This document shows positions 14,712 through 17,567 of a stretch of 17,567 nucleotides of DNA, piece after piece; the stretch's first letter is position 1; every line of letters starts with the position of its first letter. The notes under the pieces are model-generated. The model did not search any database. It was not told the DNA's origin and worked only from the letters and a program-made list of their open reading frames with translations. The position numbers were made by a program, and so were the translations under genes. Source of the DNA: Candidatus Micrarchaeia archaeon (GTDB lineage Archaea > Micrarchaeota > Micrarchaeia > CAILAH01); the NCBI GenBank assembly GCA_049970015.1, contig JBMFNT010000004.1:20817-38383 (forward strand), in the 5' to 3' direction.

Positions 14712-17348
14712 TTATTCAATTGTAAGTAATATCTCACTCTTGTTTGGTAAAGCAAGCTTTATTGATTCTAGCAGTATCATAACAAGCAGCACGCCTATGA
14801 GTATCATTTGCCAGTTTTCTGCAAGGAGCGGGGTTACTTTCATAATTTCATTGGCTGGGCTGTAAAGTATGTATAGGTGAAGTAGTAATGAAACTAGCAC
14901 TGCAAGCACCAGATATTTATTTGTGAACAGCTTTATCACAGAAAAGCCCCTTGTTCTAATAATGAACACTAGTGCCAGTTCCGATACTACTATGTATGTA
15001 AATAGTATCGTTCTAATCAATTGTGTTGAATAGCCATTTTCTCTTGAGACAAAGAATAAACCGAATGCAGGAAGTGATATTATTAGCGAAATAATTGCTA
15101 GCTCAATTATTGACCTAAACGATAGCAGTTCTTTGCGCTTACCATTATTTTTAGCAAGATTTTTTTCCACTGGATCAACACCAAGGGCAATTGCCGGCAA
15201 CCCATCCGTTAGTAGATTAATCCATAAGATGTGCAATGGCAGGAGCGGCAGTAAGAATTCACCTGTCGAGTTTAGAGTTGAGAGTTCGGCAAACAATATA
15301 ATACCCGTTATGATTATCAGTTCTGAGAAGTTTGCACTGATCAGGTAGTATACAAATTTCATTATGTTGTTCATGATTGTTCTTCCTTCTTTTACTGCCT
15401 CTACAATTGTTGCAAAATTATCATCCATTAGCACAATGTCACCGGATTCCCTGGCAACATCAGTCCCCATTATGCCCATAGCTATGCCTATATCAGCAAG
15501 CTTGAGGGATGGTGCATCATTAACCCCGTCCCCAGTCATTGCAACTATTTTATTGTTTCTCTTCAGAGCTTTTAGAACACGCATTTTTTGGTCTGGAGAC
15601 ACACGGGAAAATATCTTAACTTCTTTTACTTTTTCAGCAAGCTCATCATCAGTCAAATTGCTTATCTGCTCCCCATTAAGACAAAATCTTTCAAAGTCAT
15701 TGTCCTCGTTGCTTAAAAGCCCTATCTCTTTTGCGATGGCAATGGCTGTCTTTTCATAATCTCCTGTTAGCATCTTTACATCAATGTTTGCCTTTTTGCA
15801 AGCATCAATCGCTGCATAAACCTCCTCGCGCGGTGCATCATACATCGCAAGCATTCCCATGAATACAAGGTTTTTCTCTGTTTCTTCTCTGCTTGCCTTA
15901 CTGCTCTTTTGTTTAATACCATATGCAACTCCTATAACACGATATGCATTATTAGCGTATTCCTCCATTTTTTGCAGTATCTCTTTTTCTTTCTTTTTGT
16001 CCAACCTATATATCTTCCCGTTTATAAGTACTCTATTACATATACCTAAAAGTGATTCTACTGCGCCTTTTGTGCATATTAAGTAATTCTTGCCATCTTG
16101 GTGTACTGTTGTCATCCTTTTGAGTGATGAATCAAACCCAAACTCTACAATGAGGGGCATATCTTTTAATGCATCTTTCTTTGAAAGCCCGATTTTTTTG
16201 GCAGCATACAGTATAGATATCTCAGTAGGATCTCCTATGGGCTTTTCAACATCCTCTATCTGTCCAGTTGTGCAAAGCATGGCATATTTTAGCATATTTG
16301 CAGTTTGCTTTGATGGGATCACAGGCATATTTTTTATCATTAAAGTGCCTTTATCACTGTATCCGCTTCCGGTCACATCATATTCCAGCCCATCACACCA
16401 TATTTTTCTTATAGCCATTTCATTTTTGGTAAGTGTACCTGTCTTATCTGTACATATTACATCAACACTACCCAACCCTTGCACTGCAAGCATTCTTTTG
16501 ACGATGGCATTTTTTCTTGCCATTCTCTGCACACCAATCGCAAGAGTTATGGTGACAACTATTGGAAGGCCTTCAGGTATTGCAGCAACGGCAAGGCTTA
16601 CAGAAAACATAAACGTTTCTATTAAGCTTTTTTCACTGAAGTAGCTAATGATGAAAATGGTTAAAGCAATAAACAAAATCAATATTGTCATTCTCTTACT
16701 CATTTTATTGAGCTCTACTTCAAGAGGCACCTCTTCTTTAGTGGTTTTTGTAGTGAGCAGGGCAATCTTTCCAAATTGTGTCTCTAGCCCAGTTTTCTTT
16801 GCAATGCAAGTACCTCTTCCGCGTACAACTAACGTATTTGCGTAAACAGCATCTCCCTTTTCTTTCTTGACTGGCCTACTTTCTCCTGTAATGATTGCTT
16901 CATCACACTCCAAATTAATACTTTCATAAACTTCACAATCAGCAGGTATTTTATCACCCTCTTCAATAAGTATGACATCTCCTGGTACAATATACTTTGA
17001 ATCCAACACTTTGATAATACCGTTTCTTACTACCCGTGCATACTGTACGCTTATTTTTCTAAGTGCTTCAATTGCTTTGCTTGCACGGTATTCCTGTATA
17101 AATCCCAGAATGGAGTTAAGTATCAGTATTGCAAATATGGCAATTGAATCAAGCGTCTCATTAATCGCAAATGAGATAATTGCTGCGGCAAGAAGCACCA
17201 GTACAAACAGTGAACGGAATTGATCTATAAAAATCTTGATTGGGCTTATTTCTTCAGCAATCTCAAGTATGTTTGGGCCATGCTCTTTTAGGCGTTTAGA
17301 TGCCTCGGCATCACTAAGCCCTTGCAATTTCTCCTTAAACATAACCAT
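14712..17348 (-). CDS. P-type ATPase, type IIA (Ca2+-transporting, SERCA/PacL-like)
   Basis: TGES, VAAIPEGLP, DKTGTLT, GDPTE, KGA, MLTGD, TGDGVNDAP and WINLLTDGLPAIALG. AAGGTGA SD. Confidence 0.95.
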   Translation of the reverse strand: MVMFKEKLQGLSDAEASKRLKEHGPNILEIAEEISPIKIFIDQFRSLFVLVLLAAAIISFAINETLDSIAIFAILILNSILGFIQEYRASKAIEALRKISVQYARVVRNGIIKVLDSKYIVPGDVILIEEGDKIPADCEVYESINLECDEAIITGESRPVKKEKGDAVYANTLVVRGRGTCIAKKTGLETQFGKIALLTTKTTKEEVPLEVELNKMSKRMTILILFIALTIFIISYFSEKSLIETFMFSVSLAVAAIPEGLPIVVTITLAIGVQRMARKNAIVKRMLAVQGLGSVDVICTDKTGTLTKNEMAIRKIWCDGLEYDVTGSGYSDKGTLMIKNMPVIPSKQTANMLKYAMLCTTGQIEDVEKPIGDPTEISILYAAKKIGLSKKDALKDMPLIVEFGFDSSLKRMTTVHQDGKNYLICTKGAVESLLGICNRVLINGKIYRLDKKKEKEILQKMEEYANNAYRVIGVAYGIKQKSSKASREETEKNLVFMGMLAMYDAPREEVYAAIDACKKANIDVKMLTGDYEKTAIAIAKEIGLLSNEDNDFERFCLNGEQISNLTDDELAEKVKEVKIFSRVSPDQKMRVLKALKRNNKIVAMTGDGVNDAPSLKLADIGIAMGIMGTDVARESGDIVLMDDNFATIVEAVKEGRTIMNNIMKFVYYLISANFSELIIITGIILFAELSTLNSTGEFLLPLLPLHILWINLLTDGLPAIALGVDPVEKNLAKNNGKRKELLSFRSIIELAIISLIISLPAFGLFFVSRENGYSTQLIRTILFTYIVVSELALVFIIRTRGFSVIKLFTNKYLVLAVLVSLLLHLYILYSPANEIMKVTPLLAENWQMILIGVLLVMILLESIKLALPNKSEILLTIE

Positions 17349-17351
17349 AGT

Positions 17352-17567
17352 TCACCTTGTGCTGAAATTATTTTTAATCTTTACCGAATCACCAAACCCA
17401 GATGTAATATTCCTGGCCATTAGTAGATATTTCCTGACCGAATCACCAAACCCAGATGTAATATTCCTGGCCATTAGTAGATATTTTCTGACCGAATCAC
17501 CAAACCCAGATGTAATATTCCTGGCCATTAGTAGATATTTTCTGACCGAATCACCAAACCCAGATGT
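17352..17567 (-). CDS. Possible 3' end of a gene with 18-aa tandem repeats (partial)
   Basis: One minus frame is open from the window edge: (TSGFGDSVRKYLLMARNI)x3 then TSGFGDSVKIKNNFSTR*. The TGA lies 3 nt before the ATPase ATG and overlaps its SD. The single repeat variant is synonymous (AGA/AGG). Confidence 0.45.
   Translation of the reverse strand, partial: TSGFGDSVRKYLLMARNITSGFGDSVRKYLLMARNITSGFGDSVRKYLLMARNITSGFGDSVKIKNNFSTR
17383..17567. repeat. 54-bp tandem repeat, at least 3.4 copies, truncated by the window end
   Basis: Unit ACCGAATCACCAAACCCAGATGTAATATTCCTGGCCATTAGTAGATATTTYCTG starts at 17383, 17437, 17491 and 17545. One C/T difference between copies and no spacers. Confidence 0.97.

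Noticed and set aside
14373..14714. Similar CCGAAA(A)TATA motifs flanking the 14421..14693 gene as possible insertion scars
   Set aside because: The matches are short, imperfect and AT-rich, and no mobility gene is present.
14318..14755. 145-aa minus-strand ORF and other antisense or alternate-frame ORFs in the track (e.g. 207..608, 2415..2819, 7671..8180, 8409..8981, 16090..16644)
   Set aside because: They overlap better-supported genes and have no recognisable motifs, so they are treated as shadow ORFs.
17383..17567. CRISPR array
   Set aside because: The units are contiguous and near-identical with no unique spacers, and no cas genes are in the window.

Overview
Archaeal genomic window with GGTG/GGAG-type Shine-Dalgarno sites, TATA-like promoters and an exosome-proteasome superoperon. 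It is probably from a DPANN-type lineage such as Micrarchaeota; this is inference only. In order it carries: two secreted or surface hypothetical proteins; enolase; a SAMP/TtuB ubiquitin-like sulfur carrier with an NcsA/TtuA tRNA thiolase; a two-gene [FeFe]-hydrogenase maturase operon; psmA-SBDS-rrp4-rrp41-rrp42-rpl37ae-rpoP-Brix; several small hypotheticals (including an Nfu-like CxxC protein and a Cys-rich microprotein absent from the ORF track); an ExeA-like AAA+/wHTH ATPase; a SERCA-like P-type ATPase; and a 54-bp tandem repeat running off the right end. The standout is the maturase operon. Its first gene is an in-frame fusion of a HypC domain (the [NiFe]-hydrogenase Fe(CN)2CO chaperone, N-terminus M-C-x-x-I-P) to a divergent HydE radical SAM domain, followed by an intact hydG. 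No hydF, hydA or other hyp gene is in the window. This suggests a hybrid [NiFe]/[FeFe] metallocofactor assembly route. All family calls come from motif recognition; no searches were run.
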